DNA of 64,000 nucleotides, taken from assembly GCA_964605145.1 (NCBI GenBank), contig CAZSBG010000015.1, positions 373-64,372 on the forward strand, read 5' to 3'. The position numbers and the translations under genes are program-made. This DNA is from an uncultured Cytophagia bacterium (GTDB taxonomy: Bacteria > Zhuqueibacterota > Zhuqueibacteria > Thermofontimicrobiales > Thermofontimicrobiaceae). A model generated the notes under the pieces. That model saw only the letters and a list, made by a program, of their open reading frames with translations. It did no database searches and had not been told where the DNA came from. Shown piece by piece: positions 39,459-48,828 of this stretch (positions are counted from its first letter, which is position 1; the number at the start of each line of letters is the position of its first letter).

Positions 39459-41270
39459 ATGAAATTTAATTCAAATAAAATACTGTTTCATCTCACAATA
39501 GTTGCTCTCATATCACTTTTCGGGGCTTCCCTGGTATTGGCTCAAAATTACCTGCCCCGAACCTGGAAAACAAGAAAGGTGAATCTTTCATTTAATCGCT
39601 ATTACGACTGGAAAGAAATGGAAGACGCGCTTCGAACACTGGAGCAGGCGTATCCCAAGTTTCTCAAACTCCGATCAATCGGGAAATCTTTTCAGGGTCG
39701 CGAAATGTGGTACATGACCGTCAACAATCCGGACACCGGTGATGAAATGGATAAAAGCGCCATGTACATCGACGCCAATATTCATGGTAACGAAGTACAG
39801 GGCGGAGAGGTTTGTCTGTACACTATCTGGTATTTGATGGAAAACTATCAATACAATGAATACATCAAAGAACTGGTCGATCAGCGGGTGTTTTATCTTT
39901 TTCCATCAGTGAATCCGGACGGAAGGGACCTGTGGTTGCATAAAGGAGCCTCGGCGCGCTCCAGTCAGCACCCGTATGATAACGATGATGATGGTCTCTA
40001 CGATGAAGATGGTCCTGAAGATATGGACGGCGACGGGGAAGTGGGTTCCATGTTCATTAAGGTAAAACCCGGGGAGGGCACATATCGATTAAACGACCTC
40101 GGAGATCAACTGGTGCCTATCAAAAAAAATGTGGAAGGGAAAAAGGATGAAATAGGCGATTACAAATACGTCGGTTCAGAGGGCATTGATAATGATGGCG
40201 ACGGCCGCTATAATGAAGACGGCGGAGGTGGATATGATCCCAATCGCGATTTTGCCTCGTATTGGCAGGCGAAATCCATTCAGCGCGGCGCAGGCGATTA
40301 CCCTTTCACATGGATTGAATCGCAGCACACAAGAAATTTCCTGTATTCTCATCCAAATATTGCCGGCGTTCAGGCATTCCACAATTCAGGCGGAATGATT
40401 TTAAGGGGACCGGGCGTTCAGCTTCGCGGAGAATACAAAGGGGCTGATCTTTCTGTTTATGATGAGATTGGGAAAAAAGGTGAAAAGATCATTGAAAATT
40501 ACCGCTATATTGTTATCTGGAGCGGACTCTATTCGGTATGGGGCGGCTTTATCGATTTCACCCACGATCTGCTTGGCATTTACTCTTATTCAAATGAACT
40601 CTGGACCTCCCGCGCTGATTTTGACAAAGACGGAAGAGCCAGTGAAGAGGAGCGGGAATTTTTTGATAAATATATTGATATGCAGAACACAGTCATTCCG
40701 ATGCATGAAATTGAACATCCCCAGCTCGGCAAGGTCACCATCGATCAGGACAGAACCAAATTAAGCGGTCGCGTTCCACCGGCCTGGTTATTGGAAGAAC
40801 TATGTCATCGTAATATGGCATTCACATTATTGCACGCTTATGAAATGCCGCTCCCGGTCATTAAAGATGTCACTTATGAAAAAATTGCGGGTAAACTTGG
40901 CAAACTGAAAGTGACGATTTACAACGAACGTCTTATGCCAACCATGTCGGCAACAGCCATAGAGAGAAAAGTTCAGCGGCCGGACATATTATCAATTGAC
41001 GGAAAGATCAAAGTTGTTGCGGCCGGCATGAACAAAAGTTCGAGATTGGCCAATGTGCCGGCAAGATACAGGCGGTATTTCCTTCGCGCGGATGACAGCG
41101 ATGTAGAACTCATCGATCAAAAGGATTTGAAAAATTTAAAGCTTCTCCGAGGCATTCCCGGCAAGGCAGAAGTCCAATATGAATTTCTCGTGGAAGGTAC
41201 CGGCACGGTCACTGTAAAACTGGATTGCCAGAAAGGTGGTACTCATCGAAAAGCCATCACCCTGAAGTAA
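39459..41270 (+). CDS. Secreted M14 zinc carboxypeptidase
   Basis: ANIHGNE (HxxE), VNPDGR, DPNRDF, AFHNSGG and SNELW. Confidence 0.88.
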   Translation: MKFNSNKILFHLTIVALISLFGASLVLAQNYLPRTWKTRKVNLSFNRYYDWKEMEDALRTLEQAYPKFLKLRSIGKSFQGREMWYMTVNNPDTGDEMDKSAMYIDANIHGNEVQGGEVCLYTIWYLMENYQYNEYIKELVDQRVFYLFPSVNPDGRDLWLHKGASARSSQHPYDNDDDGLYDEDGPEDMDGDGEVGSMFIKVKPGEGTYRLNDLGDQLVPIKKNVEGKKDEIGDYKYVGSEGIDNDGDGRYNEDGGGGYDPNRDFASYWQAKSIQRGAGDYPFTWIESQHTRNFLYSHPNIAGVQAFHNSGGMILRGPGVQLRGEYKGADLSVYDEIGKKGEKIIENYRYIVIWSGLYSVWGGFIDFTHDLLGIYSYSNELWTSRADFDKDGRASEEEREFFDKYIDMQNTVIPMHEIEHPQLGKVTIDQDRTKLSGRVPPAWLLEELCHRNMAFTLLHAYEMPLPVIKDVTYEKIAGKLGKLKVTIYNERLMPTMSATAIERKVQRPDILSIDGKIKVVAAGMNKSSRLANVPARYRRYFLRADDSDVELIDQKDLKNLKLLRGIPGKAEVQYEFLVEGTGTVTVKLDCQKGGTHRKAITLK

Positions 41271-41292
41271 TAGCAGATTCGACAATTCACTG

Positions 41293-41329
41293 AAGCGCTC
41301 CCAGCAATTATCTGAGAGCGCTTTTTTTT
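41293..41329 (+). terminator. Rho-independent terminator
   Basis: AAGCGCTCCCAG...CTGAGAGCGCTT followed by a T-tract after the M14 stop. Confidence 0.75.
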
Positions 41330-41684
41330 GCTTCAAAATCAATGCATTCAAAATTTGTTTCCAATTTCAGCAATATTTTCAATCTCTCATCAACAGCATA
41401 TTCGATCAAATTTTAACCACTATTTCTCACCTAATTCTATTTACTATTAAACAGACGTGTAATACAGTAATTTTCTTTTTTGTAATTCTAATTTCAAACT
41501 TGTTTACCAATTTTGTTATCGGCCCGCTAATTGTTTCACTTCTAACATTTCTATTTCATTCATTCTGTATTTTTCTTCTCATCTTTTTTACTTAAACTTA
41601 TTTTATTAAATTTTAAGACTTAAGACAAGTCATGCAATGGCAACTTACTTTTATTTTGTATACTTAAATAGACAACCGTTCAAT

Positions 41685-41701
41685 TTGGTATTGTTATTGC
41701 C
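41685..41701 (+). promoter_or_regulatory. Candidate sigma-54 (-24/-12) promoter
   Basis: TTGGTATTGTTATTGC (GG-N10-GC), about 70 bp upstream of the operon start, after a long AT-rich intergenic region. Confidence 0.45.
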
Positions 41702-41772
41702 TGATTAACGAATGAAACATTTGATGAATTCAATTATCATAAATTCGCTAACAGACTTTTCAAAAACAAGAG

Positions 41773-43473
41773 ATGATTATGTTGATCAGGGAATCCAAAA
41801 AACGAATACTCATTTTAATCATTGCAGCGCTTTTAATATTACAAGCTCTTATGTCTGAAAATTGTGTGGCACAAACGTATGACATCAATAATGCCGCAGA
41901 AAAATCTCATCCCTGGATTTCCGATATCAATCCGGCCATGGTATCTTTTCAATACGGCCAGGTCTCCCTTGGTTTCAGGTCGTTCCATCTTGGTTTTTTA
42001 CAGGACAAAGCGCTTGGTCTTAATGAGAGTCATATCAGTGCCAGTTTTCCATTTCATTTACCATTGGAAATTGGTATTGGGTGCGACCTACGGTATTTCT
42101 CTGCCGGAATTTATTCAGAATTGCAGAGCTCGCTGTTATTCAGCCGAAAAATTGTATCTCAGTTTGGAATTGGACTCAAAGTGGGGCTGATACGATTTGG
42201 TTTTTCCAGGGATAATTTTTCGACTATTCATGAAAACGACCCATTACTCTCGGGAAACCTCGGTGTAAATGGTTTAAATATCGGAGCAGGAGCCTATTGG
42301 AATCCCGGCAACTGGTCTGTGGGAGTTGCATTGAATCATTTAAATCAACCCAATATGGGATACCAGACATCTGCGCATTTGCTACGGGATATTTCAGCCG
42401 CAGTGGGCTACCGTTTTGGTTACATCACCCCCACAGTGCTCATTCAAAACGATGGTTTAAATGTTCGATACGGGCTGGCTATTTCTGCAAAACGGGAACG
42501 ATGGGGGACCATCAGGTTTTCATACGAAAATACCATGCCTTTCAAAATGGAAATACAGTTCAGTCTTTCCCAGAATAACAAGCTGCAATATGGACTTGAT
42601 GTTCCACGACAGCACATGAGTTCAGTATCCATGGGATCTCATGAAGCGATTTACACACATATTTTCGATCGGGGACCTGACATTGGGCAGCCAGAAATAC
42701 TTTTATCCACAAATGAAATACAAATTTTTGAAGAGAACATTGTAAGAAGCATGCCTTCCGATATGTACCCATCGGAACTCGAACGCCTGACAGAGTTAGC
42801 GCCGGATTATCTGAAAACCGCGGGGAGTTTCAGAAACCTGCTTATTATTCCAACAGGAAACTTAAGCCAGTATGAGTCAGAAAAAATTCGGCAGGAGCGC
42901 TACCTCAGATTGGGACAAGAAATTCAAAAGAAACTATCGCAGCATCCCGGGCTGCAGCTCATTCTGCAAACCGAAGAAACATCACTAAAAGATGCACGCG
43001 CATTCAAACACTTTTTGCAAAAACATCGGATTGCGGTTTCTGATGATATCGGGATCGCTGCACTGACTTCCACCGGAGAATTGAACCTGTCCGGTTTCTA
43101 CCCGGGAAAGGAAAATGAAACCCGACAGAAACCGAAATGTTCGCAGGATCATCTTTCCATCACAATGATGGTCCCGGGTAAAATTCGCCATGTTAAAGAG
43201 TGGACATTGGACATCAAAAATAGCAGGGACAAAGTGATCCGTTCATTTCAGGGCAGAGACAAACTCCTGGAAAACATTGTGTGGGACTGGAAAAATAACT
43301 GGGGAGAGCTGGTGCCGGCAGGAAAATACTTTTGCCATTTATCCCTCAAAACCATGAGCGATCAGGTGAAAACCTCTTCATCCAAAGAAATATCGGTCAC
43401 AAAAATAAATCGCAAAATCGTCTTGCAGTTCAAAAGACAAAGAAATTTACAGGTAAATAAATTAGTACCCTGA
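41773..43473 (+). CDS. PorP/SprF-like T9SS outer-membrane beta-barrel fused to C-terminal domains ending in a FlgD-like Ig domain
   Basis: Signal peptide; INPA, alternating beta-strands, ENDPLL, GVALNHLNQP and GSHE (PorP/SprF hallmarks); then WDWKNNWGELVPAGKY. Confidence 0.72.
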   Translation: MIMLIRESKKRILILIIAALLILQALMSENCVAQTYDINNAAEKSHPWISDINPAMVSFQYGQVSLGFRSFHLGFLQDKALGLNESHISASFPFHLPLEIGIGCDLRYFSAGIYSELQSSLLFSRKIVSQFGIGLKVGLIRFGFSRDNFSTIHENDPLLSGNLGVNGLNIGAGAYWNPGNWSVGVALNHLNQPNMGYQTSAHLLRDISAAVGYRFGYITPTVLIQNDGLNVRYGLAISAKRERWGTIRFSYENTMPFKMEIQFSLSQNNKLQYGLDVPRQHMSSVSMGSHEAIYTHIFDRGPDIGQPEILLSTNEIQIFEENIVRSMPSDMYPSELERLTELAPDYLKTAGSFRNLLIIPTGNLSQYESEKIRQERYLRLGQEIQKKLSQHPGLQLILQTEETSLKDARAFKHFLQKHRIAVSDDIGIAALTSTGELNLSGFYPGKENETRQKPKCSQDHLSITMMVPGKIRHVKEWTLDIKNSRDKVIRSFQGRDKLLENIVWDWKNNWGELVPAGKYFCHLSLKTMSDQVKTSSSKEISVTKINRKIVLQFKRQRNLQVNKLVP

Positions 43474-43538
43474 CAATTTTGGAATTCGCCAAACATTTTT
43501 AATAAATACTTCAAATCGAAAAAAACAGGAGTTGAAAA

Positions 43539-44471
43539 GTGAAAAAATCAGCACATTGCAAAATCAGAAAATCATTTGTAAACCTGAGCCAGTTGATTCT
43601 GATATTGGGCATTGTATTTTTTCTATTCAATGCAACACCCATTCAAGCCAAAGGGAGAAAAGCGCCAAAGGGACAAATTGAAGCTCAAAAATCACAAGCT
43701 GGAGAAAATAAAAGTGAATCAGAGAAAGCGGGCAAACTTACCGTTTGGAAAATTATTGAAATGACGGACTGGTTATTTTGGCCATTTGTTTTAATCATCA
43801 CGACAGGCATCATGCTAATTACCTACCGGGGGCTCTATGAATACAGGGAAAAGTCCCGTTCACAATCGCTAATGCAGGGAAAAATACGACTGAACGACTT
43901 AAAACAACTGATCCGCATGAATCGTGGACCAAATCCCACGCGTGCCTGGCGGCTTTTTCATCAAATGTTGGTGACATTCGATAAAACGCGCAAAGCTGAA
44001 CCGATCGGGGATGATGTCAACCAATTCCTGAATACAGAACGCGATTCATTCGAATCCTTCAACAGGATAACGAGCTTTCTTTCGGATACGGCCGGCGCAT
44101 TGGGATTGCTGGGGACGGTGTGGGGTATTTTTCAAACGTTCCACGCTGGCAAACTGGACGGCCCCACCATTCTTCAGGGAATGAGTATTTCACTCGTCAC
44201 CACCCTGGTAGGACTCATAATCAGTGTGGCCCTGAACATGGGTTCAACCTATATTTTTACAATGTTCAATGGCCAGTTGAATGTTTTGTCCAATCGTGCG
44301 GAAGCGGTGCGTCAGATTTTGTTAGCCCATGAAACAAAAGGCACAAAGCCACAGCCGGCGCCTGTTGAAGAAAGTGATTATGACATCCAAACCGTGGAGA
44401 TGAATTATCAGCCGCGACCGAAAGCGCGCGCCAAGCGAAACCTGGATGTGGCATATCAATCGAATTATTAA
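43539..44471 (+). CDS. MotA/TolQ/ExbB proton channel protein
   Basis: AGALGLLGTVWGIFQTF...GMSISLVTTLVGLIISV TM motifs. Confidence 0.9.
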   Translation: MKKSAHCKIRKSFVNLSQLILILGIVFFLFNATPIQAKGRKAPKGQIEAQKSQAGENKSESEKAGKLTVWKIIEMTDWLFWPFVLIITTGIMLITYRGLYEYREKSRSQSLMQGKIRLNDLKQLIRMNRGPNPTRAWRLFHQMLVTFDKTRKAEPIGDDVNQFLNTERDSFESFNRITSFLSDTAGALGLLGTVWGIFQTFHAGKLDGPTILQGMSISLVTTLVGLIISVALNMGSTYIFTMFNGQLNVLSNRAEAVRQILLAHETKGTKPQPAPVEESDYDIQTVEMNYQPRPKARAKRNLDVAYQSNY

Positions 44472-44520
44472 TTTTCTACTTTTCACAAAGTGACTTTTTT
44501 TGAAGACAGGTGAAGTTACC

Positions 44521-45891
44521 ATGAAACCAACAAATTCCAGAATATTGACTAACCGAACGGTTGTATCCCTCGCTGTTTTGACAATGCTACTCTTTCCAGC
44601 AGTCTTTGCCGGTCCTCATCATTTTCCCGATGCAATTGGGGCAGGCATCGATGGAACCGCATTTCACAAGACCAGTCTGGATAGCCTGACTTTGGTTTAC
44701 AATAATGTGACAGCGGGCGAATTCCCCAAAATCGTATCTCTTGTTACGGTAACCAATGACGCCGGCTTCGTGATTGGCGAGTTGGATGAGGACAATTTTG
44801 AAGTAAGAGAGGATGACATTCGGGAATTACCCATCCTGGTGGAAGAACTCACCGGCCACGAAATTGGATTTAGCGTGATTCTGGCTTTGGATAGAAGCGG
44901 AAGCATGCGGGGCCAACCCATCGATGATTCAAAAGTGGCTGCAAGTGCGTTTGTCAACCTGATGCAGGGCGAAGACCAATCGGCTATTGTTAGTTTTTCG
45001 CATCAGCCGCAGACGGATTCTCCCTTCACCAATATTAAGGACTCTCTGAATGCGGCCATTAACAGAATGGAAGCCATGGGAGGCACCGCAATTTATGATG
45101 CACTGGTTCATTCTGTGTATTTGTTTACCAGTGACCTGAAAAACCGGGCCATCATATTAATGACCGACGGTGCGGATAAGGACAGCCAATACAGTTACAA
45201 TGAAGCGCTGACTGCCATAATCTCCCATGAAATTCGCGTGTTTACAATCGGCCTGGGACTGAATCCAAACAGTCCTGAAGAGAACACGCTGAAGGATCTG
45301 GCCAAACAAACCGGAGGATTGTATTATTACAGCCCCACATCCAGCGATTTGGAAGAAATCTATCGGGCGATTTCCAAACTATTACATCATCGTTACCGCG
45401 TGACATACACTACACATAATCCGGCAAAAGATGGAAGCCGGCGTTACGTTCAGATCGATGTGAATGTAAACGGCAACAACAGCGCCGATACCTCCAGTTA
45501 TGTGGCGCCGTATGAGGAAATTCCGATTGATCCGCCAGTGGATCCGCCAATTGATCCGCCGGTCGATCCGCCAACTCCACCGGACCCTCCGGTGGAACCG
45601 GAAGAACCGCCGGATGAACCTGAAATTGAAGTCACTCCCAATCCATTCACACCAAATGACGATGGCATCAATGATTGGGTTGAATTCAAAAAAGGCGATA
45701 ACACGCCTTCTGATTGGGTGATTTCAATTATGAACCGATCAGGCCTCGAAATTAAAACCTTAAGCAATGGAGAAAAATATTGGAATGGCCGGGATGAAGC
45801 TGGAAATTTGATGCTACCTGGATGTTATCTGTATCTGATTACTGATAGTAACCAGGTCATTCATCGCGGGCTTTTAAACTTGATTCGATAA
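44521..45891 (+). CDS. Secreted VWA-domain protein with Pro-rich linker and gliding-motility-associated (type B-like) CTD
   Basis: MIDAS motif DRSGS/T/TDG; (DPPx)n linker; PNPFTPNDDGINDW...MNRSG...WNG...GCYLY...GLLNLIR. Confidence 0.85.
   Translation: MKPTNSRILTNRTVVSLAVLTMLLFPAVFAGPHHFPDAIGAGIDGTAFHKTSLDSLTLVYNNVTAGEFPKIVSLVTVTNDAGFVIGELDEDNFEVREDDIRELPILVEELTGHEIGFSVILALDRSGSMRGQPIDDSKVAASAFVNLMQGEDQSAIVSFSHQPQTDSPFTNIKDSLNAAINRMEAMGGTAIYDALVHSVYLFTSDLKNRAIILMTDGADKDSQYSYNEALTAIISHEIRVFTIGLGLNPNSPEENTLKDLAKQTGGLYYYSPTSSDLEEIYRAISKLLHHRYRVTYTTHNPAKDGSRRYVQIDVNVNGNNSADTSSYVAPYEEIPIDPPVDPPIDPPVDPPTPPDPPVEPEEPPDEPEIEVTPNPFTPNDDGINDWVEFKKGDNTPSDWVISIMNRSGLEIKTLSNGEKYWNGRDEAGNLMLPGCYLYLITDSNQVIHRGLLNLIR
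45529..45573 (+). repeat. 12-bp tandem repeat (GATCCGCCRnnn) encoding a DPPx linker
   Basis: gatccgccagtg gatccgccaatt gatccgccggtc gatccgcca. Confidence 0.8.
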
Positions 45892-45948
45892 TACCACCAA
45901 AAGTAAATACTAACTAATCGCATGTTTAACAAATTAAGGAGATGGACC

Positions 45949-47928
45949 ATGAGACAGACAAAAAAGCTACAATCCGCAAAATTTATGAAAAAAGTTGCCA
46001 TCGGAATAATTGGACTTTTTATGATGGCGACTGTCAGTGAATCTTTGGTTTTCGCTGATGGAAATGAACAACTGGGTATTGACTTACCGGTATATACCGG
46101 AAAATATGATGTTGGTGTGACAAGTCTGGGTTCTTTAGGCTTGCGTGGAGAAGCCACAGCTTTGATGAAAATTCCGGAAGACGCAGAAATCGTTGCAGGC
46201 TATGTATATTTCAGCGCGTATTCTGATGTAACGCCGGCGCAGCTTGGCGATATTATTGTCACGCTGAGCAATGATGAAGGCAGCACAGTGACGAAAAATG
46301 CATCGCTCATTGGCTATTCAACTGAAGGTGCAATGCAAAGCTTCACCTATCGCGCCGATGCGACCGAAGTATTGGTATTGGGTGAACATCGCTACCACGT
46401 TGATGATGTGCAGCTTCCGGTACGGCCCACCAGTGGCGGTATTTATGGCGGCGGTCTCGTTGCAATTTACAGTCTGGACAATCTTCCGGAATCGAATATC
46501 TGGATTGCAGATGGTTTGGATTATTTCAATGCGGCCAGCGAATTACCATTAACCAAAACCGTTTCTTTCCCGATTGAAGGAAATCGCTTTGAACGCTGGG
46601 GTTCCGTCAAAATTTTCGCTGGTGTCGACGATCGCAACAGCGCATCGGGTGTCTGGTACAAAATGGGTTTCGGCAGCTCACCTTCCGGCGATATCGCTGA
46701 TACGGATGGCGCAGTCGATTATAACAATTCATCGAATGCCGATCCAAATATCGATACCAACCCGCTTTCGGATGGCATTGGAATCAGACGTCATTTTTCA
46801 ATGGTTGAATTCATTGTCCCGGTTCGATCGGAAGAAGACTGGGCATCATTTCAATTGGAATCACAGACCGACAATCCACAATTGCCGGCGTTAAGCGGCG
46901 TGTGGAATATGGTTGCTTTCAAACTTCCTCTTGAAGAAACCGGATGCGGCAGCATTGGCGACAGGGTTTTCTATGATAAAAATTCCGATGGCGTTCGCGG
47001 ACCTTTTGAAATGGGGCTTCCCGCAGTTAATGTGATGCTATACCAGGACAATGGCGACAATCTGTACCAACCTGAAAGCGATACGTTTGTGGATAGCGTG
47101 CGCACTAATCGTCTCGGATTTTACCTGTTTCAAAATCTCGATGCCGGCACTTATTTCGTTGACATCGATCATCCGTATATGAATGAGAGCAATGTTGCGC
47201 TGACAACAAATAACGATCCGACCGATCCCATCGTTTTGGAAGAATGCGAGGCCAATCTAAATGTTGATTTCGGGTTCATCCTGACCGATCGCGAACCTGT
47301 TGTTTCCGTTGAAATTGATTCATTCAAATACATCTTCAAATTCGGTGATATCATGCTGAATTGGGCTGCTCAATCCGAAACCGAAAATCTCGGGTATGAA
47401 ATTTCCCGAAGCGATTCGGAAAATGGAGAGTACCAGATCATCAATACAGAGGTCATTCCCTCTTCAAATAGCGCGGGTGAGACACATCATTACACGTATG
47501 TTGATTCCGACGTGGAAGAAGGTCAAACCTATTATTACAAAATCTCTGATGTCGACGTTACAGGAACAACCACGGATATCATTGGACCGTTCCCTGCAAC
47601 GGCGCAGAGCACTTCGGTTTTCAATTTTTCCGATGATGGTCAATTGCCTGAAAACCATCAATTAGGCTCAGCCTATCCCAATCCGTTCAATGGCAGAACC
47701 AATATCAAATTCTATATGAATAAGACCGGTATGGTGAAAGTTGAATTATACAATCTGCTGGGCCAAAAAGTCCGCAGCCTGGTTTCTGAAATCAGAATTG
47801 CCGGATTCCATTCAGTTTCATGGGATGGCAAAAACGATTTTGGCAAAGACCTGGTAAGCGGAGTGTATCTCTATCGCATGACAACTGATAATTTCAAAGC
47901 AACTAAACGCATTTTGTACCTGAAGTAA
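45949..47928 (+). CDS. Secreted protein with SdrD-B-like domain and type A/FlgD-like CTD
   Basis: RBS AAGGAG; signal peptide; GSIGDRVFYDKNSDG, SETENLGY and AYPNPFN...WDGKND...SGVYLY. Confidence 0.8.
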   Translation: MRQTKKLQSAKFMKKVAIGIIGLFMMATVSESLVFADGNEQLGIDLPVYTGKYDVGVTSLGSLGLRGEATALMKIPEDAEIVAGYVYFSAYSDVTPAQLGDIIVTLSNDEGSTVTKNASLIGYSTEGAMQSFTYRADATEVLVLGEHRYHVDDVQLPVRPTSGGIYGGGLVAIYSLDNLPESNIWIADGLDYFNAASELPLTKTVSFPIEGNRFERWGSVKIFAGVDDRNSASGVWYKMGFGSSPSGDIADTDGAVDYNNSSNADPNIDTNPLSDGIGIRRHFSMVEFIVPVRSEEDWASFQLESQTDNPQLPALSGVWNMVAFKLPLEETGCGSIGDRVFYDKNSDGVRGPFEMGLPAVNVMLYQDNGDNLYQPESDTFVDSVRTNRLGFYLFQNLDAGTYFVDIDHPYMNESNVALTTNNDPTDPIVLEECEANLNVDFGFILTDREPVVSVEIDSFKYIFKFGDIMLNWAAQSETENLGYEISRSDSENGEYQIINTEVIPSSNSAGETHHYTYVDSDVEEGQTYYYKISDVDVTGTTTDIIGPFPATAQSTSVFNFSDDGQLPENHQLGSAYPNPFNGRTNIKFYMNKTGMVKVELYNLLGQKVRSLVSEIRIAGFHSVSWDGKNDFGKDLVSGVYLYRMTTDNFKATKRILYLK

Positions 47929-47940
47929 ATTCGTTCGATT

Positions 47941-47975
47941 CACCCTCCCGATGGCCTTTTGCTTTCGGGAGGGTG
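47941..47975 (+). terminator. Strong intra-operon hairpin (terminator or RNA stabiliser)
   Basis: Perfect 11-bp stem CACCCTCCCGA...TCGGGAGGGTG with only a short T-run. Confidence 0.6.
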
Positions 47976-48015
47976 TTTCAATCGCACTCATTTTTATCAT
48001 CACAGGTAAAAGGCC

Positions 48016-48420
48016 ATGGGAAAAAGCAATTTAATGATTCGGATGATTGATATTGTATTTATACTTCTTTTTGGATTCATTGCTGTTTCGCAAATCGATA
48101 CCACCGCAGCCATCGATCCGCCAAAAAGCAGCGAAGCCATGGAAGGCGCGCCGGCCGACGCCAAAACAATTATTATTGGCGTGAAAAAGGATGGCACCTT
48201 TCCGGTCGATGGCGGAAAACACGTCTTAAAAAATACCTATCAATTGCGTCGTTTTTTACTGGAGAAAGCCAGCCAGGCAGATAAAAAGGGGAATCAATTG
48301 GGCGTTCGGATTCGGGCGGATTGGGATTCCCGCGTTGAACATGGTCTGGCTGTCGCCCGAATATGCAGGGAATTAGGACTTTCAAAAGGGCTGGATGTCA
48401 TTAAATTTGTGTCAGAGTAA
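48016..48420 (+). CDS. ExbD/TolR-family protein
   Basis: TM segment MIDIVFILLFGF with the conserved Asp; VRIRAD. Confidence 0.88.
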   Translation: MGKSNLMIRMIDIVFILLFGFIAVSQIDTTAAIDPPKSSEAMEGAPADAKTIIIGVKKDGTFPVDGGKHVLKNTYQLRRFLLEKASQADKKGNQLGVRIRADWDSRVEHGLAVARICRELGLSKGLDVIKFVSE

Positions 48421-48429
48421 GGGGCTATC

Positions 48430-48828
48430 ATGAATATGAACACTCGCCTGATGATCAGGCTCATCGATGTCGCGCTGATTATACTTCTGGGATTCATCGC
48501 CATCAGTCGGCTCAAAACAGAATTTGTGGATCTTTCCTCGTCGACTTCAGAGGTGAGAATGTCTCAAAATTTTCATGAGGCAACTCTCACCGTTTATCGT
48601 AATTCTTTCAAACTAAACGATCGCGGAAATTCGTGGACAGGGCGATCCATTCAGGATTTGGAACACGTTCTTATCAACAAGAACAATTTATACGCTCGTC
48701 AGAAAACGAAACTTGTTGTAACCATAGAGCCTCACAAATCGTGCATTATGCAAAAATTAGTCGATGTTTTTGATGTCTGTCATCGGAATAAAATTGAGAA
48801 GAGTTTGAGCTATGAAAGCTATAACTGA
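48430..48828 (+). CDS. Second ExbD/TolR-family protein
   Basis: TM segment LIDVALIILLGF with the conserved Asp; MQKLVDVFDVC. Confidence 0.82.
   Translation: MNMNTRLMIRLIDVALIILLGFIAISRLKTEFVDLSSSTSEVRMSQNFHEATLTVYRNSFKLNDRGNSWTGRSIQDLEHVLINKNNLYARQKTKLVVTIEPHKSCIMQKLVDVFDVCHRNKIEKSLSYESYN

Noticed and set aside
45529-45620. Tandem 12-bp repeats as a possible array or contingency locus
   Set aside because: They form an in-frame degenerate Pro-rich linker of the VWA protein; the unit length is a multiple of 3.
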